Below are positions 1-8,638 of a stretch of DNA of 20,681 nucleotides, piece after piece. Made by a program: the position numbers and the translations under genes. Where the stretch lies: positions 1 through 20,681 of the forward strand of contig JAYENL010000100.1 in assembly GCA_034722055.1 (NCBI GenBank), in the 5' to 3' direction. Within the stretch, counting starts at the first letter, position 1; every line of letters starts with the position of its first letter. Below the pieces are notes generated by a model. It did not search any database and was not told the DNA's origin. It saw only the letters and a list, made by a program, of their open reading frames with translations. The DNA is from Armatimonadota bacterium (GTDB lineage: Bacteria > Armatimonadota > Zipacnadia > Zipacnadales > UBA5352).

Positions 1-2861
1 TCGGGCCCGGAGCGGTCGCGCTCGGTGGCCCAGCGCATGGCTCCGGGCTCGAACTGCGGCATCTGCTCCGGCAGCCTCTGCAGCAGCTCCCGGGCCTCGC
101 GGACGGCGGGCGTGCCCTCGCCCTCATGCTCAGCGACTGCCCGCCGCAGCATCCACAGAGTGGTGTAGTCCTCCACGCCCTCCCGGCAGGCCTCCCACTG
201 CTTGCTGTCGGCCAGGTGCCGGTCATCGGCGTAGACGAGTGAGTAGCTGGTGCCGCCGCCCTTGAAGTTGTCCCAGCTCGAGCCGGTGCCCTGGTGGTCC
301 ACGTATCCCCAGAACCCCACGCCGGTGGCCCCCAGCCTCCAGGCGTGCCAGAAGTGCAGGCGGTGGTAGGTGATCGGGTCCAGGAGCTTGTGCGGCCCCG
401 AGCACAGGTAGATCCAGAACCTCTTCCCCTGCTCCTGCAGGGCCTGGTAGAAGTCGATGGCCTTCTCGCCGCCGCGGTACAGCCGTGCCGTGTTGGGGCA
501 GAGGATGTCACACACCTGGTACATCTCCTGCACCGCCTGGGTCGGGTCCGGCCGCACGGGGTCCTCGAAGACCTGCACCTGTGGCACAGCGGCCTTCATG
601 GCGCGGGCGACATCAGCGATGACCTGCTCGGCCTCCTCGCTGTGCGGCTCGTCGAGGATCAGCATCGCCCAGCGCTCCGGTCCCACTCCGCGCTCGGCGA
701 GGTGGTCGGTGATGGCCCTGGCCCACTCGCCCAGCGCCACGTGCCAGCGATCCGTGCCTCGGGCCAGCCCGCGGAAGGAGCCCGAGCCTCCGAAGTGCGC
801 GAACATGCAGTAGGTGCGGGCGTTGGGGAAGCGGTCGATCCAGCGGTCGAGGGCGCCGAAGTCCATGGGCTGGGTGATGTGGCCCTCGGCGTCGAAGGAG
901 CCGTCGGCAGGCCAGGGGACCACGCCGGGATTGGCCCAGGGCACGTCCGCGAAGTGCGCCTCCAGGTTCTCGGCCATCAGCTTGGGGCGCTGAAACTCCG
1001 GCGCGTAGGAGACACGGTCGCCCACGTAGTCCCAGCAGAACAGCGACACCGGCGGCCGCGGCATCTCGAGCGGCGCCACCTCGACGCGCAGCGGCACGCG
1101 GAGCGTCTCGGTCGCAATGTCGATGACGATCTCGCCCTGATAGCGCCCCGGAGGCACATCCACCGGGTGGACGGTCAGCCACACCTGCTTCGTCATCCCC
1201 GCGGGCACCGGGATCCGTGCCCGGCCCTCGCGGTCGGTATCGGCGACCGGCAGGGCGTTGGCGACCACCGCCCGCTCCTGGGTCTGCACGTACTGGACCT
1301 CGTGCACCGTGACGACGTCGGTGTCAATGCCCTCCAGCGAGATCCCGACACGGGCCAGCGCCGGCTGGTCGCCGAAGTTGCTGATGTTGAATGCCGCGGA
1401 GCGATACTCCCCCCTCATCGCCAGCACCTCGACGCGGCCACTGCCGCCGCTCGGCGTGCCCATCGGTTCCAGCATGTCCCAGCGGTTGCTCTGCCAGATC
1501 GAGAGCCTCCGAGAGCCCTGGGCGCGCCTCAGCGGCGCGTTGACGGCGTAGATGCGGGCGTGCAGCTCGTTGTAGGGCAGCCCGCGCCAGAAGTCGATGT
1601 CCCCCACGCGCATTGAGCGCACCTCGTCCGCCAGCCTGTCGAGCCGGGCGTTCAGGTCGGCCTTCAGGCCGTCCGGCACGCCCGCCCGCGCGATCCTCTG
1701 CCGCAGGTCCTGGATATCATACATGCAGCGCACGCCGACGATGCCGTAGAGGCGCCTGTCCTCGACGAGCTGCTCGGTGCTCTCGATGGGCTCTCCCGCG
1801 CGGGCCTGGGCCATGGGGAAGTCGCCGCGATAGACCTCGATCTCGTCGCAGAAGCAGTACTGCGACCCGGGGCAGATGACCAGGCGCAGGTAGCGGCCCG
1901 CCGCCCGCAGGCGGTCGGTGTAGTAGCGATGGATGGTGTACCGCTGCGGCGCCGGCAGGCCGTGCTCGGCGCTGAGCGCGATCAGCTCGCCGTGGTACTG
2001 GAAGCTCTTGCCATCCTCGCTGGTGAGGATGAAGATCATCGCCGGCCAGCCCACGCCGGCGGCCCCCGCGGCCGTGTTGTATGACAGGCCCGTGATCGGC
2101 ACGCTCTCCTCGAGATCGATGGTGATGGTCAGTGGGCGGCGCAGCGACCACCCCACGCTGGTCTTCTGCGCCCAGAAGTAGCCCACGGTGTGCCTGCCGT
2201 CGGTGAGCTGGGTGGCGTCACCATCGTCGAAGGTCAGTGAGTAGCGGGGGGGCTCCGAGAAGGTGTAGCTCTTGCCCAGCGCCACGTTCTCACCCGGGTC
2301 CGGCCCGCCATACCCGCCGGCGATGGGCCCCTCATATGCCTCCGCCTCGGCGGCCGGGAGCACGCGAACGGCGTCGATCCATGCCTGTCCTGCCCGGCTG
2401 GCCCTGCCCGGGCCCAGGTCGCCGTAGACCTGCAGCGGCGCCTGGGTAAGCGGCCCGGAGTTGAAGCGCATCTGGAAGCGCCGCCAGGAGGTGGCGCCGT
2501 CGCTGGTGATGCTGACCACGAAGTCCCTCTCCCCCGGCTGCCTGATGACGACGGCCGGGCGCGTGGTGCCGTCCGACTTCAGCCACGCCGAGAGCACGTA
2601 GTCGGTCTCCGGCTGCAGCGCTATCTCCTGCCGGACGAGCGTCTCATCCAGCTCCTGCTCCGAGCGGTAGCGCAGGCAGCGGGCGTCGCCCACGCCGTCG
2701 GCGTCGTCCATGGCGAAGACCTCCGCGGCCGGGCCATCGGCGACCCATCCCGGTGGCAGCTCTCCGCGGCGGCCGGCGGCGAACTGGGCATTCTCGATCT
2801 CCACCGCGCAGGAGCAGGTCACGGCGGTCACAACCAGCGTCGCGACGAGTGCTTTGCGCAT
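1..2861 (-). CDS. Secreted multidomain glycoside-hydrolase-like protein (CBM4/9-like + F5/8 discoidin-like + GH123-like/DUF4091); 3' end lies outside the window
   Basis: Read manually; it is absent from the ORF track because the stop is off-window. ATG at 2861 has GGAGG 7 nt upstream and I found no in-frame stop down to base 3 (>=953 aa). Signal-like start MRKALVATLVVTAVTCSCA; CBM-like segment (IENAQF..LPPGW..LQPETDYVLSAWLKS..AWIDAVRV); discoidin-like segment (NVALGKSYT..LTDG..ITIDLEE..SEDGKSF..RYLRL..DEIEVY); LILDEP; C-terminal GVGFWGY..SKQWEACREGVEDY typical of DUF4091. Confidence 0.85.
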   Translation of the reverse strand, partial: MRKALVATLVVTAVTCSCAVEIENAQFAAGRRGELPPGWVADGPAAEVFAMDDADGVGDARCLRYRSEQELDETLVRQEIALQPETDYVLSAWLKSDGTTRPAVVIRQPGERDFVVSITSDGATSWRRFQMRFNSGPLTQAPLQVYGDLGPGRASRAGQAWIDAVRVLPAAEAEAYEGPIAGGYGGPDPGENVALGKSYTFSEPPRYSLTFDDGDATQLTDGRHTVGYFWAQKTSVGWSLRRPLTITIDLEESVPITGLSYNTAAGAAGVGWPAMIFILTSEDGKSFQYHGELIALSAEHGLPAPQRYTIHRYYTDRLRAAGRYLRLVICPGSQYCFCDEIEVYRGDFPMAQARAGEPIESTEQLVEDRRLYGIVGVRCMYDIQDLRQRIARAGVPDGLKADLNARLDRLADEVRSMRVGDIDFWRGLPYNELHARIYAVNAPLRRAQGSRRLSIWQSNRWDMLEPMGTPSGGSGRVEVLAMRGEYRSAAFNISNFGDQPALARVGISLEGIDTDVVTVHEVQYVQTQERAVVANALPVADTDREGRARIPVPAGMTKQVWLTVHPVDVPPGRYQGEIVIDIATETLRVPLRVEVAPLEMPRPPVSLFCWDYVGDRVSYAPEFQRPKLMAENLEAHFADVPWANPGVVPWPADGSFDAEGHITQPMDFGALDRWIDRFPNARTYCMFAHFGGSGSFRGLARGTDRWHVALGEWARAITDHLAERGVGPERWAMLILDEPHSEEAEQVIADVARAMKAAVPQVQVFEDPVRPDPTQAVQEMYQVCDILCPNTARLYRGGEKAIDFYQALQEQGKRFWIYLCSGPHKLLDPITYHRLHFWHAWRLGATGVGFWGYVDHQGTGSSWDNFKGGGTSYSLVYADDRHLADSKQWEACREGVEDYTTLWMLRRAVAEHEGEGTPAVREARELLQRLPEQMPQFEPGAMRWATERDRSGP

Positions 2862-2902
2862 GGCAGGGCCTCCAGGCATGGCGTCTCTTCGCGCGTGAGT
2901 CC

Positions 2903-2930
2903 CTTCGCTCCGTGGGCGGCCTGGACCTGC
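2903..2930 (-). promoter_or_regulatory. Candidate alternative-sigma promoter motif AGG-N19-GAA (copy 1)
   Basis: Minus strand GCAGG-tccaggccgcccacggag-CGAAG, about 43 nt upstream of the ATG at 2861; the same spacing recurs at 9964-9991 and 10868-10895. Confidence 0.45.
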
Positions 2931-3043
2931 GAGGAGCCGGTCAGGCCACCGCGGCAAACGGCGCACGGACAGGAGTGTGCGCGCCACGGAGGACATGCCA
3001 GCGACTCGGCCGGAAGGGAGGCCGGCGCGCTGACAACTCGTCT

Positions 3044-3069
3044 GGAACCCTCGGCGGCGGCGCTTCGTC
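3044..3069 (+). promoter_or_regulatory. ECF sigma-type promoter (GGAAC-N17-CGTC)
   Basis: GGAAC at 3044-3048, 17-nt spacer, CGTC at 3066-3069, about 60 nt upstream of the ATG at 3132; fits the AAC / CGT pattern of ECF promoters. Confidence 0.65.
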
Positions 3070-3131
3070 CTACCGGCAGAGCACCGGTGGGGCGAGCTAA
3101 GGCTCGACACGCACATTGAGGGGATGTACCC

Positions 3132-5930
3132 ATGAGGCGCACCGTGCTGACGAGGGCCGTGAGTGTGCTGGCGATGGCCGTGATGCTGGGCGCGATTGCC
3201 CCGGCGGCGGAGTCCGACGCGCCGGAGGTCACGCAGGGGGCGCTGCGCGTGATCACCGGCGACGGCGAGGCCGGCCAGGAGAAGCTCCTGGAGTTCCCGC
3301 TGCAGCATACCGACGTCCAGGCGGAGGTCGCGGGCATGGTGGCGGACGTCACCGTGACTCAGACCTTCGCGAACCCCTTCGAGGACACCATCGAGGCCGT
3401 CTACGTCTTCCCGCTCCCCCAGAATGCCGCGGTCAACGACATGACCATGAAGATCGGCGACCGCACGATCCGGGGGCTGATCAAGAAGCGCGAGGAGGCG
3501 CGGCAGATCTACGACGAGGCGCGGGAGGCCGGGCAGACCGCGAGTCTGCTGGAGCAGCAACGGCCGAACATCTTCACCCAGTCGGTGGCCAACATCACCC
3601 CTGGGGCCGAGATCCGCATTCAGATCCACTACGTCCAGGACCTGAAGTACGATGACGGCACCTACGAGTTCAGCTTCCCGATGGTGGTCGGCCCCCGCTT
3701 CATCCCCGGCACGCCGACGGGCCGAACCGGTGGTGGCTGGTCGCCCGACACCGACCAGGTGCCGGATGCCTCGCGCATCACCCCGCCGGTGCTGAAGCCC
3801 GGCGAGCGCACCGGCCACGACATCTCACTGACGCTGGATCTGGATGCTGGGGTGCCCATCCAGGGACTGCGCTGCCGCTCGCACGAGGTGGAGATGGAGC
3901 GCATTGGGCGAAGCCGTGCGCGGGTCGCGCTCAAGCCCTTCGACACCATCCCCAATAAGGACTTCATGCTGGCGTGGGACGTGGCCGGCGAGAGGCCCGA
4001 GATGGCGCTGCTGGCGCACCGCAAGGGCGACACCGGCGGCTTCTTCACGCTCATGATCCAGCCCAAGGCCGACTTCGGCGCCGGCGAGATCACGCCCAAG
4101 GAGATGATCTTCGTCGTTGACTGCTCCGGCTCCATGAGGGGCGAGCCCATCGCCAAGGCCAAGCAGGCCATGCGCAAATGCATCACGCACATGCAGCCTG
4201 AGGACACCTTTCGCGTCATCCGCTTCTCGGAGAGCGCGTCCCAGCTCTCGCAGGAGCCGCTGAGCAACACCACCGAGAACATCAAGCGCGCGCTGGTCTA
4301 CATCGAGCAGATGAGCGGCAGCGGCGGCACCATGATGATCGAGGGCATCAAGGCCGCCCTGGACTACCCGCCCGATCCCGAGCGGGTGCGCATCGTGTCC
4401 TTCATGACCGACGGCTACATCGGGAATGAGACGGAGATCCTGGCGGCCATCGAGGACAAGCTCGGCGAGGCGCGGCTCTTCTCGTTCGGTGTGGGGACCT
4501 CCGTGAACCGCTACCTGCTGGAGCGCATGGCGGAGGTCGGCCGAGGCGTGGTGCAGTACGTGCGACCCAACGAGGAGACCACTGAGGTCGTCGATCGCTT
4601 CTACGAGCGGATCGCCCGACCCTACTTGCTGGACATCGAGATCGACTGGGGCGGCCTGCAGGTGGCCGACATCTACCCCGCCCGCATCCCCGACCTCTTC
4701 GCCGACCAGCCGCTCGTGGTGCACGGGCGCTACACTGAGCCGGGTGAGGATAGCATCACCATCCGCGGGCAGCTTGCCTCCGCCGAGTGGTCGCGGCAGC
4801 TCGACGTTGAGATGCCCCGGCAGCAGCCGCGCAACGAGGCGCTGGCATCGCTGTGGGGCCGGGCGCGCATCAAGGACCTTATGGACCGGATGTTCCACGG
4901 TGAGGATCCTGAGATCGTCAAGCAGGTCACCGACCTGGCGCTGGAGTTCCGCCTGATGTCGGCATACACATCCTTCGTCGCGGTTGAGGAGAGGGTCGTC
5001 AACGAGGGTGGAGAGCAGCGCACCGTGCAGCAGCCGGTGCCGATGCCGGAAGGGGTCAGCTACGAGGGCGTCTTCGGTGCGCCCTCGCGCCGCGAGATGA
5101 AGGCCGGAGGCTACGGCGGCGCCGCGTACCGCGGCCGCCTGAGCCAGGCGGCTCCCATGGCCCCGGCGGCGACGTCGCAGAGGCCACAGGCAGCGTCGGC
5201 CACGGCGGAGGTGGGAATGCCGGGGCCGGCCGGGCCGCGGGGCACCACCGGGCCAGCGGACCGGCCTACGGGCGTGGAGGCTGGGCGGCCCACGGCCGCG
5301 ACCCCCGGCCCGCCCGGGCCCGAGGGAAGCGAGTTCATCGCGCTCTCGCCGTGGCTCTGCACCGGGGAGGGCCCGGAGGCCGTCATCGCCGTCGGGCGCT
5401 TCGACGACCAGGAACAGGACCGCGTCGCGAACCTCGCCTACGTCGCCTCCGCCGCGTCCAACCACGTGGACGTGCCGATCGGGATGGTCTATCGCGAGAC
5501 CGTTGCGGTTGCCAACCTCGACGAGCTGCCCGAGGGCATGAGGCTCAAGGCAGTGTACCTCAGCGGCCCCGGGGCCACTGGCCCGACGGACGATGAGCTC
5601 GCGGCGCTGCAGGCCTTCGTTGCAGGTGGGGGCTTCGTCATCTTCGACGGCGGCGCGACGTCCGCCGCCCGAATCGAGGCATCACTGACGATCGGCGAAT
5701 GGGACGTCGAGATCCGGGGCCTGCCGGCCGACCACCCGCTGTTCCGAGCAGACGCGACGGCCTATGACATCGATACGCCCGGCCTTGGCGGCATCTACCT
5801 CGGCGAGCGCCTCGTGGGAGTGATCAGCGGCCACGACCTTGGCGTCGGCTGGACCAGTGAGGCCGGCACCGAGTTGACCCCGGCCTGGGCCCAGGGCATC
5901 AACCTGATGGTGTTCCTGCTGGCCCGCTGA
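3132..5930 (+). CDS. Secreted VIT + VWA domain protein with C-terminal DUF4159-like domain
   Basis: 932 aa, RBS GAGGGG. Signal peptide; VIT motif (VTQTFANPFEDTIEAVYVFPLP..YDEAREAGQTASLLEQQRPNIFTQSVANI); VWA MIDAS DCSGS plus FMTDG; LMSAYTSFVAVEE; low-complexity linker; tail LQAFVAGGGFVIFD..LPADHPLF..SGHDLGVGW..GINLMVFLL resembling DUF4159. Confidence 0.9.
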   Translation: MRRTVLTRAVSVLAMAVMLGAIAPAAESDAPEVTQGALRVITGDGEAGQEKLLEFPLQHTDVQAEVAGMVADVTVTQTFANPFEDTIEAVYVFPLPQNAAVNDMTMKIGDRTIRGLIKKREEARQIYDEAREAGQTASLLEQQRPNIFTQSVANITPGAEIRIQIHYVQDLKYDDGTYEFSFPMVVGPRFIPGTPTGRTGGGWSPDTDQVPDASRITPPVLKPGERTGHDISLTLDLDAGVPIQGLRCRSHEVEMERIGRSRARVALKPFDTIPNKDFMLAWDVAGERPEMALLAHRKGDTGGFFTLMIQPKADFGAGEITPKEMIFVVDCSGSMRGEPIAKAKQAMRKCITHMQPEDTFRVIRFSESASQLSQEPLSNTTENIKRALVYIEQMSGSGGTMMIEGIKAALDYPPDPERVRIVSFMTDGYIGNETEILAAIEDKLGEARLFSFGVGTSVNRYLLERMAEVGRGVVQYVRPNEETTEVVDRFYERIARPYLLDIEIDWGGLQVADIYPARIPDLFADQPLVVHGRYTEPGEDSITIRGQLASAEWSRQLDVEMPRQQPRNEALASLWGRARIKDLMDRMFHGEDPEIVKQVTDLALEFRLMSAYTSFVAVEERVVNEGGEQRTVQQPVPMPEGVSYEGVFGAPSRREMKAGGYGGAAYRGRLSQAAPMAPAATSQRPQAASATAEVGMPGPAGPRGTTGPADRPTGVEAGRPTAATPGPPGPEGSEFIALSPWLCTGEGPEAVIAVGRFDDQEQDRVANLAYVASAASNHVDVPIGMVYRETVAVANLDELPEGMRLKAVYLSGPGATGPTDDELAALQAFVAGGGFVIFDGGATSAARIEASLTIGEWDVEIRGLPADHPLFRADATAYDIDTPGLGGIYLGERLVGVISGHDLGVGWTSEAGTELTPAWAQGINLMVFLLAR

Positions 5931-5952
5931 ATGCCGGGCAAGGGAACGCCCC

Positions 5953-5985
5953 GACGGCCCCCCGCACGCACTGCGGGGGGCTGTC
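5953..5985 (+). terminator. GC-rich stem-loop after the VIT-VWA gene (no U-tract)
   Basis: GACGGCCCCCCGCA-cgcac-TGCGGGGGGCTGTC, a 14-bp stem with one G-U pair, 22 nt after the stop. Confidence 0.6.
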
Positions 5986-6154
5986 ACTCCTGCCGCATTC
6001 CTATGCCACCGCGGAGGGGCTCGCCCGCTCGCTTCGCTGGCGACGTCCCCCCCACCCGATGCGCGGGCGGCAATGCAGGCAACCGGCGCGGCGCCACCGC
6101 CCCCCGCGCTGATTGATGCACACACTCTGAATGCTGGCCACGGTGATGGCGGCC

Positions 6155-6183
6155 TTGCCTCCGGGGGCGGCAGCGGTTACAAT
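6155..6183 (+). promoter_or_regulatory. Sigma70-type promoter for hppA
   Basis: TTGCCT (6155-6160), 17-nt spacer, TACAAT (6178-6183); implies a leader of about 115 nt. Confidence 0.7.
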
Positions 6184-6303
6184 ACCTGGGAACCTTCGCA
6201 ACATCAGGCACGGCCTCGGCTCTGATGCAGTCACCCTTAGAGGTCTGTACCGTGTACCACAGCCAGCCTGTCCCCGTGGACAGGCTTTCATGCTGGGAGG
6301 AAC

Positions 6304-8574
6304 ATGACAGTGGAAGAGTTTGGCCAGTTGACAACCTTCGAGACCGCGGCGGTGTGGGCCACGCTTGGTTCCGCCGTCGTCGGCATTATCTACGGTCTCA
6401 CCCTGCGCAGCGAGATCCTGCGCAAGGACCCCGGGACCGAGAAGATGCAGCAGGTCGCCGGGCAGATCCAGGAGGGCGCGGGGGCCTACCTCAACCGCCA
6501 GTTCCGCACCATCATCCTCCTGGTGATTCTGCTGTTCATCGCCCTCACCATCACCGGCTGGATGGCCGGCAGTGAGGAGATCTCCGGCGCCTACCTCGGG
6601 CTGGGCAGAGGTCTCGCCTTCCTGCTCGGCTGTTTCTGCTCCGGCCTGACGGGGTTCGTGGGGATGACGCTGGCCGTTCGCGGCAACGTCCGGTGCGCCA
6701 ACGCCGCGCGCACGAGCATAGTGGACGCCCTGGCAATCGCCTTCCGCTCCGGCGCCGTGGCCGGCATGTTCACCGTGGCCATGGGCCTGGTGGGCGCTAC
6801 GATCATCTTCATGATCTACAAGCAGTTCGCGACCGAGGTGCTGCTGGGCTTCGGCTTCGGCGGCTCGCTGCTGGCGCTGTTCATGCGTGTCGGCGGCGGG
6901 ATCTACACCAAGGCCGCCGACGTCGGCGCTGACCTGGTCGGCAAGCTCGAGGCCGGCATCCCGGAGGACGACCCGCGCAACGCGGCCGTCATCGCCGACA
7001 ATGTCGGCGACAACGTCGGCGACTGCGCCGGGATGGCCGCGGACATCTTCGAGTCTTACGAGGTCACTCTGGTCGCGTCCATGATCCTGGCGCTGGCGCA
7101 CTCGATCACCGATCCCTCGCTGGCGCGCATCTGGATCATCTTCCCGCTGCTCGTGCGGGCCATCGGCGTGATCACGTCGATCATCGGCACCGAGATCGTG
7201 AAGATGCGCGAGGACGAAGAGGATCCGATGAGCCCGATTACCCGCGGCTTCGTGTGGTCCGCGTTGCTGTCGGCCGTCGGCTTCTACTTCGTCGCCCAGT
7301 TCTACGCACATGACCTCCGCCTGTTTGGAGCTACCTTTGCCGGGCTGGTGCTGGCGGTCGGCATCTACAAGCTGACCGAGTACTACACCTCCGTGCAGTA
7401 TGAGCCGGTGCAGGAGATCGCCGAGGCGTCACAGACAGGCGCTGCCACCAACCTGCTGGCCGGGTTCGGCGTGGGGCTGGAGGGCACGGTGTGGGCCCTG
7501 CTGGTGATCTGCGCCTGTATCTTCTTCTCGTCCCTCGTCTTCGGCGTCGAGGACCCCATTGCCGCCCTCTACGGCGTTTCGCTGGTGGGTCTGGGCATGC
7601 TGACCACCACGGGTGTGGTCATCGCCATGGACACCTACGGGCCGGTGGCGGACAATGCCCAGGGCATCTGCGAGATGGCTGAGGTGCCCGAGGCCATGCC
7701 CGTCGTCGAGAAGCTCGATGCGGTGGGCAATACCACCAAGGCCGCGACGAAGGGTCTGGCAATCGCCTCTGCGGTGATCGCAGCCATCGCGCTGTACGGC
7801 TCCTACCTGTCGAAGGTTGCCGCCGCGGAGGTCGGCGGAGCCGCGGGGGAGATGGTGAATGCCGCGGCTCTGCAGCGGTATGATATCCCGCTGGAGGAGC
7901 CCTACGTGTTCGTGGGGCTGCTCATCGGTGGCGCCATGCCCTTCCTGTTCAGCTCCATGACCATCCGTGCGGTTGGCCGCGCCGCGTTCTTCATCATTAA
8001 CGAGGTCCGGCGGCAGTTCCGCGAGATCCCGGGCCTGATGGAGGGTGAGGCGATGCCCGAGTCCGCCAGGGTCGTGGACATCTGCACGTCCTCGGCCATC
8101 AAGGAGCTCGTCGCGCCCGGGCTGCTGGCCGTGCTGGCACCAGTCGTGGTCGGCTCCTGGTTCGGCTGGCTGGGCCTCGGTGGCTTCCTGGCCGGGATCA
8201 TCGTCACGGGGCAGCTCATGGCGGTGATGCTGTGTGACGCGGGCGGCGCCTGGGACAACGCCAAGAAGGTGATCGAGGATGGCGCTTACGGGGGGAAGGG
8301 CTCAGACACTCACGCCGCGGCAGTGACCGGCGATACCGTCGGGGACCCCTTCAAGGACACCGCCGGGCCGGCCCTGAATCCGCTGATCAAGGTCATGAAC
8401 CTGGTGGGCCTGCTGGTGGTCCCGATCATCGTGAAGTTCGAGGGCACGCCGGGCCTGTGGATCACCGGGATCGTGCTGGCCGCAGTCATCGCCATCGCGC
8501 TGATGATCGCCAAGCGCAAGGGCGAGGCGGAGGTGGCGGTGCAGGAGCGCGTCGGCGGTGATGAGGCCGCCTGA
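6304..8574 (+). CDS. hppA: Membrane-bound proton-translocating pyrophosphatase, K+-independent type
   Basis: 756 aa with many hydrophobic segments; motifs [80 protein letters not shown] is only 3 nt from ATG 6304, so GTG 6310 is an alternative start. Confidence 0.97.
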   Translation: MTVEEFGQLTTFETAAVWATLGSAVVGIIYGLTLRSEILRKDPGTEKMQQVAGQIQEGAGAYLNRQFRTIILLVILLFIALTITGWMAGSEEISGAYLGLGRGLAFLLGCFCSGLTGFVGMTLAVRGNVRCANAARTSIVDALAIAFRSGAVAGMFTVAMGLVGATIIFMIYKQFATEVLLGFGFGGSLLALFMRVGGGIYTKAADVGADLVGKLEAGIPEDDPRNAAVIADNVGDNVGDCAGMAADIFESYEVTLVASMILALAHSITDPSLARIWIIFPLLVRAIGVITSIIGTEIVKMREDEEDPMSPITRGFVWSALLSAVGFYFVAQFYAHDLRLFGATFAGLVLAVGIYKLTEYYTSVQYEPVQEIAEASQTGAATNLLAGFGVGLEGTVWALLVICACIFFSSLVFGVEDPIAALYGVSLVGLGMLTTTGVVIAMDTYGPVADNAQGICEMAEVPEAMPVVEKLDAVGNTTKAATKGLAIASAVIAAIALYGSYLSKVAAAEVGGAAGEMVNAAALQRYDIPLEEPYVFVGLLIGGAMPFLFSSMTIRAVGRAAFFIINEVRRQFREIPGLMEGEAMPESARVVDICTSSAIKELVAPGLLAVLAPVVVGSWFGWLGLGGFLAGIIVTGQLMAVMLCDAGGAWDNAKKVIEDGAYGGKGSDTHAAAVTGDTVGDPFKDTAGPALNPLIKVMNLVGLLVVPIIVKFEGTPGLWITGIVLAAVIAIALMIAKRKGEAEVAVQERVGGDEAA

Positions 8575-8600
8575 CGCATCTGCCGTCACAGCAAGCTACC

Positions 8601-8629
8601 GGGGCGGCCTCTGCGAGGCCGCCCCCTTT
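8601..8629. terminator. Intrinsic terminator hairpin between convergent genes
   Basis: GGGGCGGCCTC-tgc-GAGGCCGCCCC perfect 11-bp stem followed by CTTT on +; lies between the hppA stop (8574) and the convergent stop (8639). Confidence 0.75.
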
Positions 8630-8638
8630 GCATGTACG

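Noticed and set aside
294..1616. 440-aa plus-strand ORF
   Set aside because: Same-register antisense shadow of the DUF4091 gene, typical of high-GC DNA; no RBS or recognisable motifs.
2875..2999. Multi-branch pairing (GGCATG/CATGCC, CTCCGTGG/CCACGGAG and two inner hairpins) in the divergent intergenic region
   Set aside because: Stems are short and GC-rich, and most of the region lies upstream of both predicted start sites; no known RNA motif.
3825..5465. 546-aa minus-strand ORF
   Set aside because: Antisense shadow of the VIT-VWA gene.
6142..6186. GGTGATGG resembling the 5' end of a fluoride riboswitch upstream of hppA
   Set aside because: The matching 3' element and pseudoknot are absent, and it overlaps the predicted promoter.
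6189..6214. GGAAC as a second ECF -35
   Set aside because: The -10 position reads CGGC rather than CGT; the sigma70 promoter explains the region.
6001..7311. 436-aa minus-strand ORF
   Set aside because: Antisense shadow of hppA.
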